Positions 39,294-50,864 of a stretch of DNA of 64,000 nt are shown here, piece after piece (position 1 is the stretch's first letter; each line of letters begins with the position of its first letter). The notes under the pieces were generated by a model that made no database searches, had not been told where the DNA came from, and saw only the letters and a list, made by a program, of their open reading frames with translations. Position numbers and translations under genes: made by a program. Source of the stretch: Podospora anserina. Its lineage: Eukaryota. The DNA is taken from the NCBI GenBank assembly GCA_017654855.1, contig CM030338.1:558001-622000 (forward strand), given 5' to 3'.

Positions 39294-40895
39294 ATGAACG
39301 CAAGCAGCAAATCTAGCAAAGGTGGCCGAGCTACCAAGAAAGCTAGTGTACGGGTCACTTATCACCAGGCAAGAATGAGCGAAAAGGTAGGAGCAAAAGC
39401 CCAATATTTATTGATGTCCTTTTTAAGTTCCCAAAACCCAACTAAGCTCAGCAGTTATCATATTCCACCGTCTACACCTTCCAACTCCACACTAGGAGAG
39501 CAGAAGCCGACCAAGGGATTCAGAATCGAGGAGGGAGGAAGGCGACAGACCCGAACGATCTGATTAAAGCGGCGTTGCAGGATGGGCTCACTGAGGAAAA
39601 ATCTGAGATTGACGATAAACCCGTCCGCAGAAAGCTTAGTGATACCACTGAGCCGCGGTATGTCTGGATGATGAAGATCTGGGAAGCATATGTTGTGGAG
39701 ATCGCTGTGTTGAATTTAGTGCTAACATAAATCAGGTACGCAGCAAAAACTCGAAGCATCAGACCCGTGCGACATGAAAACAGTGAAGCATTTCACCGAG
39801 ACCGTCTCACGGTCAACCAAGTGGCGGTTAGATAAGTATCTGGAAAGGCCAACACTAAAGTCCATACGAGTCAAAATGCGAAGATTCATATTGCAATAGG
39901 AAAGAATAACTAATAAATCCATTCCCAAACCGTCAACGATAGCGTGTGCTATATAAGTATAAAAAAATAGCTCATTTTATATTTCCGCCATCTAATATAA
40001 TAAAGTATATTCAATATGTGCTCAGGTATAAAATTCCTCTGTCGGTAGAGGAAAAAGCACCGACAAACTTGACGATAGAAAACTACACAGCTATAGAAAA
40101 GCATCTCTGGTTGTTTAACCACCATAATTATGTACATGAAGGGAGCCGAGTAGACCAAAGCGCGCTGTTAAACTTACATGCTTACACCAGTGCGAGGTTA
40201 AAGGAAATATATAAAGCGACGTACAAGGTCAGTTTACTTATATAATAAACAGATAGGATATATACTAACTTGTTACAACCCTGGTATAGGACGGTTGTGG
40301 GGCCACGGGAATAAGGGGAGCCAATCACAGTGAAGGCAGAGTGATCAGTGTGATCAGGGCACTGAGCAGACTGAGCAGAGGTGATCAGTGTGATCAGGGC
40401 ACTGAGCAGACTGAGCCGAGGTGATCAGTGGCCTTGGGAGACTGATCACGGCTTGGCACAAGGACTATATATACGGAGGAACTGGCTGGTGTAGATAGAC
40501 AGTTCCGCAGTATGCAATTCAAGCTTGTATTCACGGCATCTTGTGTTTACATCGAGACATCTTGTTGTGCACTGTTTAGCTGCACCGAACCAATTGTCAG
40601 AAGTTACCTTCAACCCGTATCCCTTTCAGAGGTTCTGTACAGGGGTTCGTCACATAACTGCTTATAAGTACGATCTTTTTTATATGGTTATATGGTAAGA
40701 TGGATAACCTGAGATTAAAATATGGTTCAAGAGGGATTTGGCTAAAGATATGTAAAATACTCCAAAGAAGTGAGTCAGACATTTCCATCATTTCTCCTTA
40801 TTTTTAGCGCGTTATTGACGGATTGGTGCAGACCAAAAGATCCTCTGTACGAGAGACTGAAACCCATTCCCCCGCTTTTCGTAAATAGTCTCTTG
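39294..40895 (+). pseudogene. truncated DUF3435 tyrosine recombinase (Starship captain-like)
   Basis: KTVKHFTE..RPTLKSIR..FILQ*ER; HLW..NYVHEGSRVDQSALLNLHAYTSARLKEI; DLFYMVIW*DG*PEIK..KRDLAKDM; PLYERL..PLFVNSLL; RIP-type stops; solo LTR inside an intron; 3' half missing. Confidence 0.7.
40271..40654 (+). mobile_element. solo LTR (crapaud-like family), TSD TAACT
   Basis: TGTTACA..TTCGTCACA; TAACT at 40266-40270 and 40655-40659; internal 40-bp tandem repeats. Confidence 0.9.
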
Positions 40896-41215
40896 TGTTA
40901 GTATAAAAGTGTTGTTAGAAATCCTGCAAACCTAAACAACCTAGCCCAGGTTGGCCCAAGCTCCTTGTGGAGCCAGTTATGGTTATCTAAACAGTAGACC
41001 CCCCCAAAACTAAGCAAAAAGAGACCCTTTTCTATACTCCCTTTAGTAACATCCTCTTTGTCACAGTAGGTAAGGCAGAACACTGAAACAAAGCAAACAG
41101 TATTGCTTAGACCAATTGATTGAATTGCAAGTTGAAGAAGAAAAGAAGGAAAATATCGACAAAGGCTTGCAGGGCAGGGCTTTTGATTCCAGCCGACCGA
41201 GCTTTGACCACCTGT

Positions 41216-41486
41216 TGGCTTGGGGTGCGGCCACAAGCCTAAGGGTATGAATGAGGAAGTGGGGCTCTCGGAGGATTCGGGGGGTTCAGGGGTTATGTAT
41301 ATAAGCTATCTGCTTCTCACATTCTATTTTAGACAAGACATCGACTTCTACTTCTTCAAATTTTGTGCCTTGCACGCGTGCAGGCAATTCTGGCCCTCTG
41401 ATTAGGCCAATCCGGTGCTTATTATATGGCCTGCAAGCCCATAGTGCCTTTTCTTTGTCCTGCGTGAAGTGCGGCCTGCGAGCAAG
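41216..41486 (+). mobile_element. diverged, truncated LTR related to the 46833-58692 element
   Basis: TGGCTTGGGGTGCGGCCACA.. aligns along its length with 46833-47105 with many substitutions. Confidence 0.85.
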
Positions 41487-41759
41487 TGTCACGGTCCAGT
41501 ATCGGCCAATCAGGAGTGGATCGAGGACCGTCTGTAAGTCAACGGTCCACGGTCCCAAGGTCTATATATACGGAGGAACTGGCTGGTGTAGATAGACAGT
41601 TCCGCAGTATGCAATACAAGTCACAATCGTTGGTATCTTAGCTATTGTGATTGAGATAAGCTATTTGTTGTATACTGTTTAGCTGTACCGAACCAGGATT
41701 GTTCAGAAGTGCCTTCAACCAATATCCCTTTCAGAGGTTCTGGATAGGGGTTCGTCACA
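41487..41759 (+). mobile_element. LTR (crapaud-like), short 5' variant
   Basis: TGTCACGG..TATATATACGGAGGAACTGG..GGGGTTCGTCACA. Confidence 0.85.
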
Positions 41760-42182
41760 GAAAGGGATACTGGTTGAAGGCACTTCTGAACAATCCTGGT
41801 TCGGTACAGCTAAACAGTGTACAACAAATGGCTTGTCTCAATCACAACAGTCTAGATACCAACGATTGTGACTTGTATTGCATACTGCGGAACTATCTAT
41901 CTACACCAGCCAGTTCCTCCGTATATATAGACCTTGGGACCGTGAGGTGCTCGCCCTGCTACGGCCCCGATCATCCTTAGCACATTGCATCCTGCAACAT
42001 GCTCGTCGTGCTATGCCTCCGATCACTCTTAGCATCTTGCATCCTGCAGAGTGCTCGTGGACCTTGGTGCCATAGCACTTTTGTCCAACCCTGATTGGCT
42101 GTTCCCTGACTTCCTTAATGATTGGCTGGGGACGTCCTGCGCCCCACATGTGGCGTGGCCTGCTGTTCGGTTAACTGTGACA
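41760..42182 (-). mobile_element. LTR (crapaud-like), inverted and 3'-truncated, fused to the previous LTR
   Basis: Reverse complement of ~41547-41733 followed by a different 5' half ending GTGACA. Confidence 0.85.
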
Positions 42183-42399
42183 CTGCGCCAATAGCCATTC
42201 GAGCCTATATTCTACAGGCCTCAATAGCACTTATTTCAACAGAAACCCAGGTATTATTTTCCTTACTTTATAAGTAACTATCTAGCTGTCCCATTTACCT
42301 TCTTTATAGCCGTATAAATAAACTCCCAGACCTCCGTTAATTCTATAAGCTGATTTTATATTTTTTTACTCACCTCTACTAAATTCTGGAGAAGATACG

Positions 42400-43096
42400 T
42401 TTACTACCGTAAAGCGCTGCAGCAGTCCCTGCACCGTCGTATCTAGGCTGCCTGACAGCGAGGCAAAAGACTTGTGTCTCTATGTCCCGGGCTGATGGCG
42501 TCACGCTCGAATCTCTGTGGCTAGGCCTCTCTACGGAGCACAAGATCTCGATAAGAAACCAGCTCAACGACATATTTCGTGCGCTCCGCGATGGACCGCA
42601 CGCCCAAGATGTTTATCAGGGTGACAAGCCAAGGTTTGGCGGCTTCGCATCTGCCATCTGCAAGGACATGAGGAGACAGCAACGCCTGAGCGAGCGCGCG
42701 ATTGAGACTGAAGCGCAATTCAACGATTTCCTGTGTCACCAACCTGGGAGATCTGCCACTCCTGGATAACCATGATCCGGTCTGCAATGAGAGACGACCA
42801 CCGGCTCATCATGACACACGGCGATCTACATCCAAGAAACATCATGGTCAAGTGGGAAGTCGACGGAAGGGGAAGCGCGCCTGACCAAACGGAGAGCAAG
42901 ATCCGAGTCACGGCGCCCTTGGATTGGGAACTGAGCGGCTGGTATCCGGAGCATTGGGAGTTTGTCAAAGCGCTCTCTACAATCAAGGCGCATGGGAAAT
43001 TGTCCGACTGGCTTGAATACCTCCCGACAGACGCCAATTGGGTCATGGCCAGTTGAATATTCCATTGATACACTTCTCGACCGGTGGCTAGGATGA
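42400..43096 (+). pseudogene. APH-family phosphotransferase/kinase remnant
   Basis: THGDLHPRNIMV, LDWELSGWYPEHWE; frameshifts ~42762 and ~43035; 5' part AT-rich with stops. Confidence 0.8.
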
Positions 43097-43546
43097 AACA
43101 CTGAGAGCAGGTAGGCGGTTGCTGTTAACCACCAACTTTGGGGCGCAGAAAGGTTTTATTGCTCGAGGAATTGGACTGCAAAGGAGATTACCTTGATCAA
43201 TCAAGCACTTTGTTTATGGCTGTTGCAACCTACCTATTTTTGACCTTACTTATCGCGTGATTTGACCGTCTTGCAGGCGCCAGTCGACAAATTTGGACCA
43301 ACCCCGCCGACGGGGCGCTTGCTTGCAGAGTGGGGCTCACTCTTTGTTCTCACACGCCTTCTATTCTTGGGGTGCCAAAGTAAAGTCCGTTACGTCCCTG
43401 GGCCGCCAGCTTTCACAATCTTCTCGCCTTGACAAACTTCCAGTCCTCCTTTTTCTTAATCTGGTCAAACTCAACTTCGCATTCCACACGTGACATGGCC
43501 ATATCAAGCTCGCCGTCCGTCAAACTACATCATTCAGAAGCCAGCC

Positions 43547-44404
43547 ATGACCGACTTTGGACCCATCCATGTCGTAGAGCCTCGCGCTCCGCACAACCAC
43601 ACCATAATTCTCCTTCACGGCCGTGGTTGTACCGGCGAAGAATTCGCCGAGGAGCTCTTTGAGTCCAAGCTCTCCACCGGCAAGACACTGCAAGAACACC
43701 TCGGACCCTGGCGCTGGGTCTTCCCGTCGTCGGCTGAGTTGTGGAGCACGGCGTTTGAGGAGGACATGCCGGCGTGGTTTGAGGCGCACTCCCTGACGAA
43801 CCCCACGGCGAGACAAGACTTGCAGATGGCTGGGATCAGGGACTCGGTGCGCTACCTGACCCGACTGCTCGGTCAAGAGGTTGACAGGCTGGGCGGTGGC
43901 TCTGGCAAGGTGGTGCTGGGCGGAATCAGCCAGGGAGGTGCTATCGGGCTGTGGTCTTTGCTCTGTGCGGGTGCCGACGGCGCAGCCGGACGTCTGGGGG
44001 GATTTGTCGGGGCGAGCACTTGGCTCCCGTTCGCTGACGAGCTTGAGCGGCACCTTGGCCGGGAGGCTCAGGCGCAGCAAGACACCATCCGGGCTGCTGA
44101 CACCGGAGAGGTTGACTCTGATGCTTTCGTGGAGGAGATGGCTGGCGCGACACGGGGGACGCTACGGGAGCCGAATGCTTCCCAGCATGGCTTGTTGTCA
44201 GTTCCAGTGTTCCTGGGCCATGGGACGGACGATGCTTATGTGGATGTCAGTTTGGGGCGGCGGGCAGCTGTTGTTCTGGGCAAAATTGGCCTAAGGGTTG
44301 AATGGCGCGAGTATTCAGGGGCAGAGCAGGAAGGACACTGGCTTAAGGAACCGGAGGAGCTGGACGATATCGTACGGTTTCTGGAGTCCATATCAGCCGT
44401 CTAG
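43547..44404 (+). CDS. phospholipase/carboxylesterase (acyl-protein thioesterase-like)
   Basis: LLHGRG, PAWF, GGISQGG, HGTDD, EGHW. Confidence 0.9.
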   Translation: MTDFGPIHVVEPRAPHNHTIILLHGRGCTGEEFAEELFESKLSTGKTLQEHLGPWRWVFPSSAELWSTAFEEDMPAWFEAHSLTNPTARQDLQMAGIRDSVRYLTRLLGQEVDRLGGGSGKVVLGGISQGGAIGLWSLLCAGADGAAGRLGGFVGASTWLPFADELERHLGREAQAQQDTIRAADTGEVDSDAFVEEMAGATRGTLREPNASQHGLLSVPVFLGHGTDDAYVDVSLGRRAAVVLGKIGLRVEWREYSGAEQEGHWLKEPEELDDIVRFLESISAV

Positions 44405-44479
44405 TGCGCATATATAGCCGAGATACGATTGAGCAGTTGAGCAATATGCTTGCTTGTTACAACTTGATGCTGTTTAGTA

Positions 44480-46352
44480 ACGTGCGTGATAAGCGAGCCG
44501 AACAGACAAGCGAGCCGAACACTTTCCAACGCAGCGCAACCCTCCGACTTCTTTCACCAACTTTACCACCAATTCGCTATAAATTCACTTCCAACCGAAT
44601 CTCGAATTATTTTAGCCCTCGAAGCTATCAAAAACGACCCAAATCTTAGTCTTCGACGCGCAGCTAAGCTTTACAACGTACCAATTACAACTCTCCATAA
44701 CCGACGCGCTGGCCGGCTTACACGACGCAATATATTAACTAACTTACGTAAGCTTACCGATTTAGAAAAAAAACGATTATTTAATATATTATTAAGCTAT
44801 ATATACGCACATTCCATCCTCGGCTTTCGTATATAAAAAATATAGCCAATCGATTACTACGTAAACGTAACGTGCCTTCTATTAGCGTACGATAGGCTTA
44901 TAACTTCGTTAAACGCTAGCCAGAACTTCGGACGCGTTTTACACGTAAATATAGTTATTAAAGGGTTAAATATAAAGATTTAAAGGTTATTAATAAGTGA
45001 TTTACTTTCGTATAGAATACTAAAGTTAAATATAATATTATAAATAACGATATTTATAACTTCGACGAGATTAGGTTTATAATAAATATTATTTTCGCGA
45101 ATATAATAATTATAATTTTTAATAACTATAATAAAGCGAAACTGGCCCAGCCTAATAACCGTAAATAAGTAACGGTAGTTTAAGAAATTAATATTTTTAA
45201 TTAGGCTATTCGTCTTTTTATTATTTTAACTGTATAATATTACTTTATTAATTAATATATTAAATATAATTTACTATTTATTTAGTATATTATAATTATT
45301 AATAATAATTAAATTATTAATATAATAAGCTTAAATTAAATTAAATACTTTAATTATTATATAATGTCCCGTATAAAAAATAAATATCGGTTATTAATCC
45401 TCGATAGTTACGAAAGCTACTACTCGACTAAATTCAAACACTATTATTAATAAAATAATATTATTACGTTCTATATACCTCTATATTCCTCCTACTTCCT
45501 CTAACTACTTAATATTAATTACTTTAAGCCGCTAAAATAAATATACGGTCGTTAAATCGAGGATTTAATATATATATATATTAATTATATAAATAAATTC
45601 GAATTCCTTTATATTTTCCGCGAAGCCTTTTTCGCCTCTATATTAAAAAAAATATATAGGATAACTTTATAGGTACTAACTTTATATTATATAATTTAAA
45701 AAAAGTACTTTTTAAGCTAAATATAAAGCTTTGTACGTTAATACCTTTAAATTTATAGCCCGGCATTATATAACTTTAATATGTCGAACCCCTGTACAGA
45801 ACCTTTGAAAGGGATACTAGTTAAAGGTAACTTCTAATAATTAGTTCGGTGCAGCTAAATAGTGCACAATAAGATGTCTCAATGTAAATATAAGATACCG
45901 TAAATATAATTGTGAATTGCATACTGCGGAACTGTCTATTTACACTAGCTAGTTCCTCCGTATATATAGACCTTAGGACCGTAAGGTACTTACCTTACTA
46001 TGGCCCCGATCACCCCTAGCACATTGCATCCTGCAACGTGCTTGTCGTGCTATGCCTTTGATTACCCTTAGTATCTTGCATCCTATAGATTACTCGTGAG
46101 CCTTAGCGCCATAGTACTTTTGTCCTGGCCTGATTAGCTTGTTCCCTGGCTTCCTTAATAATTAGCTAGGGGCGACTTACGCCCCACATGTGGCGCGACC
46201 TGCCGTTAGGTTAACTGTAACATTTAAGTCTTTTAAATATTATATAACCCTCGAGAAACTAATTTATAATTAACGCTTATTAAAATTCATATTACTAATT
46301 ATTAAAATAATTCCTTAACTTTAATATTAATTACTATAAACTAGTTTATTAA
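44480..46352 (+). mobile_element. RIP-degraded pogo/Fot1-type DNA transposon, truncated
   Basis: TA|ACGT terminus with tandem AAGCGAGCCGAAC; HTH ESRIILALEAI..SLRRAAKLYNVP.TTL; NFDE motif near 45058; extreme TpA enrichment. Confidence 0.88.
45780..46222 (-). mobile_element. solo LTR (crapaud-like), TSD TTTAA, partly RIP-mutated
   Basis: Homologous to 41760-42182; TTTAA at 45775-45779 and 46223-46227. Confidence 0.88.
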
Positions 46353-46832
46353 TGTTAAAAGGTAAGCCCTGATAGGCCTATAATATAAAACCTATACAAG
46401 GTTGCTGTAAAATACAGCAGTGCGTAAGCGGAAGCGGGAGGATACGACGGCAGTAGCGAAGGAAAGTAAAGCACTGTAATACAATGAGGTATAAGGAATA
46501 AGAATTGCCTTTAGCTTTAGCTTTTAGCTTTAGCTTTAAGCTTTTGCCCTTAAGGAAAGAAAGAGAACTATACTATAAGAGAGAGGAGAGGTCTATATAT
46601 AGGCCTTCGTAGGCCTACTATAGGTCCTGTAGGCCCTAGAAGCCCCTATACTACTTTGGGGTATTTAGTGGGCTTAAGTGGGTTTAGTGTAGACTTATGG
46701 AAATCCATAGAACCTTCGGTAGCAGAGGTGCCCTGTAAATTACACTATTATAGCAACTTACTACGTAAACCTGTAGCTACTTTAAAAGGTTCTAGTATCC
46801 ATTAACTAAGCCTTAAGCTACAGTAGCCCTAT
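46353..46832. mobile_element. RIP-degraded repeat (probable LTR element) that received the large insertion; continues after 58692
   Basis: TGTTA start, TATA-like motif, TpA-rich; similar decayed sequence at 58693-58742 and 59236-59784. Confidence 0.5.
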
Positions 46833-47195
46833 TGGTTTGGGGTGCGGCCACAGGCCTGAGAGTATGAGTAAGGAAGCGGGGCTCTCAGAGGACTCAGGGG
46901 TTCAGGGGTCATGTATATAAGCGGTCTGCTTCGGACATTCTATTTTAGACAGGACATCGACTTTTATTCTTTTCTTCGTATTTTGTGCCTTGCACGCGTG
47001 CAGGCAATTCTGGCCCTCTGATCAGGCCAATCCGGTGCTTATTATGTGGCCTGCGAGCCCATAGTGTCTTTTCTTTGTCCTACGTGAAGTGCGGCCTGCG
47101 AGCGAGTCACTGTCACGCAGGTGTGTTCATTCTGAGACCTGTTGAGGGTATATTTGTGGTGTTGTGGTTGTTTTGTGTGTTTTCTCACCATTTCA
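46833..47195 (+). repeat. 5' LTR
   Basis: Identical by eye to 58330-58692; TATATAA at ~46914; palindrome TGCACGCGTGCA at 46991. Confidence 0.95.
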
Positions 47196-47774
47196 AATGG
47201 AGGTCGTGCCCGGGTTGAGCAAAGCTCAGGGTCCAAACTGGACTCACAAGCCCTGGGTACTGGAGGAAGTGCGAAGCCACGAACGACAACAAGCACCGAC
47301 AACTTCACTGAACCCCGCGAGGTTCAACGGAAACGATTCTTCTCCGTCTGATCGGATAAAGCTCTTTCATCATCGACCAAACTCTAAACTTTCTGCCCGC
47401 GAGTGGAGAGTCAAGTGTGTGGTCCGGATGGGACCGGGAAGTGAACTAAGAGCATTGGTTGAGACTAGCTCGTTAGTGGACCTTATCTCCGCGTCAACTA
47501 TCAAAGTCCTCTCCTATCTTTGGTTAGGAGGAATCCTCCTGGTGTGTTGTTTAGCGATGGTGGACAATCGTGGGGATTTCCGGGTCAGTTTGACTCAGGA
47601 CATCGGGAACCCAAAAGCAAGGAGACGAGGACACTTTCCCTCTGATCTGGGTAGATGTAACTCATGCCCACATACTGGAGTTGCAAGGGACAACCGTCTT
47701 CATATTTCCAACAACATACACAAGGAAAAGCCATACCACCAACGCAAACGCAACAGCAATCATCGAGTATCGAC

Positions 47775-50700
47775 ATGTCCGACAATGTCCCACCCATCGC
47801 TTCGGCTAGCCTTCCCGGCGACAACCAGGGGTATCAAGCTCCTACGGCTCGTTCCGTGGTAGAAGTGGCCATTCCGGCGGCCAGGTCCCCGGAATCATCA
47901 CCATTCGTCCTCTCCCCGGCTGCGAACCGCGCTCACCCTGAAGATGCTGAGACCCCTCGCCCCTTTCTGATCAAGGTGGCCCGACTGCAAGGCCCAACGC
48001 TCCTGACGTGCCAGGTGGACCTCGTACCCACCCAAATCCTGCTGCTTGGAATCATACTGCGCCTCCCACTCGGCATGCCGGATATCCCGCTCCTCTTCCT
48101 GGGTTCGCGCATCAATTCCAGCAACCCGGATACCCATATCCCATAGGAGCTTACCCCGACTATCGCCACTTCCAGGGGTCCCCTACGTCTGATCATCCAA
48201 CCCCCTATCCCATGGTGCCTATGTATTTTCCTCAGCGTGAATTCCCTGATCCGAAGAAAGTCGGTTTTAAGAGCAACTTCAAGGGAAGCACTTTACGGAA
48301 TATCTGGAGCGTTTCGAGAATGCCTGTGAAGAGTACCATGTCGTGGAATTTACCTCTCGCGTTCGCAAGTTCAAATCCTGGTGTGACTTCGATGTGGGAA
48401 AACAGATTGACGAATGTGTAGACCTACCTACACCCACCGATACTTGGCCTGTCCTGGTTGTCCGCCTTAAACGCCTCTTTAAGATCTATGACCCCCGACA
48501 AGACGAAGATATCCACAGGGAGTTGGATGACTTCTACGCCAAGGTTATCCCTGAAGGTGTGGGCGAGTTAAGGAAGGTTGTTTTTGACCACTCCAAACTG
48601 CTCTCTCGAGTGCCGACCGGGGAGAAAGAGGCAGTAAGAGCCAGGGTTGCCAGCCGCTTTTGGATGAAATTCTCCGAGTCAATGAGGATGACCCTTATCA
48701 ACCGAGGAGGATCCGAACGTCGTTTAAGATCCATGAATTTTATTACCTGGAGCGATTGGATTAATGATGTGATCGAAGATGGGTATGACGTGGGAGGAAG
48801 AATCTACAAGGAGGACAAATCAACCATTGCACCCTCCCCTGCTGCCTCTGATCAGGCGGCCGAGGTGCTCGACCAGTACATGGCGGTTAACGCTATGGTA
48901 GACAGAGAGATGGCACTGCAGCATTTGAGGGCGAATATCTACGGTGGTTTCTCTGCACCGGGAAACGGCAAATCTGGGATAATGAGGACCCGCGTTCAAC
49001 ACCTAGAAGACCAGGCACCTTACTCCCTGGATTTTGGCATTGGCCCTAATGGGGAAATGGATTCGTCTTTCAATACCTTCCCCATTGTTGATACTAAGAC
49101 CCAGTTCGGAAGATCAGGGGGGCAGTACCGCGATAGCCCTCCCCCACCAAGAAGGTGCTTCTGGTGCGGCAAGACTGGCCATTACGCTAAGTCGACGGAG
49201 TGTCCGAAGAAGGAGTATGATGAGGCGTGGGGACTGTGCCATACTGAAGGAGGCAGAGTGTGTATCGGTAAGAAGGAGTGGCCGGAGAGTGAAAAAGCGT
49301 GGCTTGATCAAGAGGATGTGAGGAAGGCGCAGCGTGAAGGGAAGGTTGGCGACCTGGTTCGTGCTGCAATTTCGTTGAAACCAGAACTGAATAGGGCCTA
49401 TGAAGCTTACACGAAATGGGCTGAGCACTGGGAAGCTCGTGAGGGCAAGGGATACAGGCCCGAGGTCTCTCTGATCAGAGGGAGGGAGCAGACAGCTACT
49501 CAGATGGCCAGGGCTATGGATGTCAGGTTAAACAGGCTTCATGGGTACTCCAAACCCTACGTACCGTTTAACGAGAACTCAGCCAGTGACTACATTACTA
49601 GGAATGCCTTGCAACGCTGCTCAGCAGAGAAGTGGTCGCCTAGGAGCATTCTGAAGCGCTCTGATGATGCCCCAGTGGTCGTCTGCAACCAAGAGGTGGA
49701 AGTGGGGGTAGGCGCGCAAGGAGCGAAGAGAGTAAGGATCGAGGATCTGCCGAAAGAGGATATGGATGACCCAGCCTCAGCCGAAAATCCGAAAGTGGTA
49801 CTCACCCCCGCGCAAGAGAAGCCAAAGGTAGTTGAGGAGGGAGTCTCGTCCGATCAGGGAAATGGAGTCCGGAGTGGCTCAAGGTTGCCTGATGGTGAGG
49901 CAGAGGACTCTGGGGATTACATTGCCGAGAAAGCCAAAAAGTACGCCTGTGGTCAGACTAAGTTCACACTGGAAGAGCATTGTAGGGTTTCACCCACATT
50001 TGCTTACCGGTTGATGGATTACGTGAAGAGTGTGGCCGAGGATGCTGAGGTGATCGAGTGGCGTGGATCTTCCAAGAGTACCCCGGATGGAAAGAGAGAA
50101 GTCCCACAGAAGGGGGAGGCCTTGCCGTCAACGGTTCGGACGAATTTTCAGACGGCTGGACACAGCAAGACTCCTCCGTCTGATCAGAGGAAGACTGTCC
50201 CTGCTTTGTACGGGATCACGGCGGATGGTGAGTATGGTGTGGTCGAGGGAGGCATCTGGGAGAAGATCATCGAAGGCAAGGTCCAACCGGGTGACAGCCC
50301 AGAAGAGCGATTGCGGACTCTGCTGTCTACGCCCATTGGCCGGCTTTCCGGTAGTGAGCGAACTCTCCTGGGAGCCGTCACTCGAACCCACAACGTCCCA
50401 TCGCTATATTGTAACTTCGTCTCACCAACTTCAGAGAAGGTGCTGGCAATGTTGGACACAGGCTCGGAGTGCAACCTGATCAGTAGGGCTGTAGCTGAGA
50501 GGTTCTGTCTACCGATGGTGTCGACGAACCTACAGTCTAAAGGCCTTCATGGAGATCCGGTTGCGTTTATAGGTGAGACTCAGGCTCCAGTAGTGCTGGC
50601 TGGGGTTCCAATTTTGTGTCATTTCTTCGTTATTGATAACACTGAGGCTCTGGGTTTCCATGACCTGCTATTGGGCATCCGTTCTTCACGGATACGAGCC

Positions 50701-50855
50701 TCACCCTTGATTTTATGAAGGGCTGTATGATTAGCGCGAATATGTTGTATGGGGGAAAGCTGATTAAGGCCCACGTGGTAAAAAAGGAGGTGATTGATAA
50801 GATGAAGGCGGAATATAACGGCAGGGATCGAGGTAATGCCTCTCCTGCCAGCTGA
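47775..50855 (+). CDS. gag: Gag with CCHC zinc knuckle + aspartic protease (frameshifts in homopolymers)
   Basis: MSDNVPP start; CFWCGKTGHYAKSTEC; AMLDTGSECNLI; DLLLGI; single-base gaps ~47963, ~48283, ~50678; in-frame TGA 50853-50855. Confidence 0.85.
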
Positions 50856-50864
50856 CCCTTACAG

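Noticed and set aside
42400-43096. Possible Spok meiotic-drive gene near a captain
   Set aside because: Reads as an ordinary APH-family kinase; no coiled-coil, nuclease or Cys-cluster regions visible
47164-47862. 232-aa ORF in the retrotransposon leader
   Set aside because: Starts inside the LTR at a non-ATG codon, no motifs; cannot be supported as a gene
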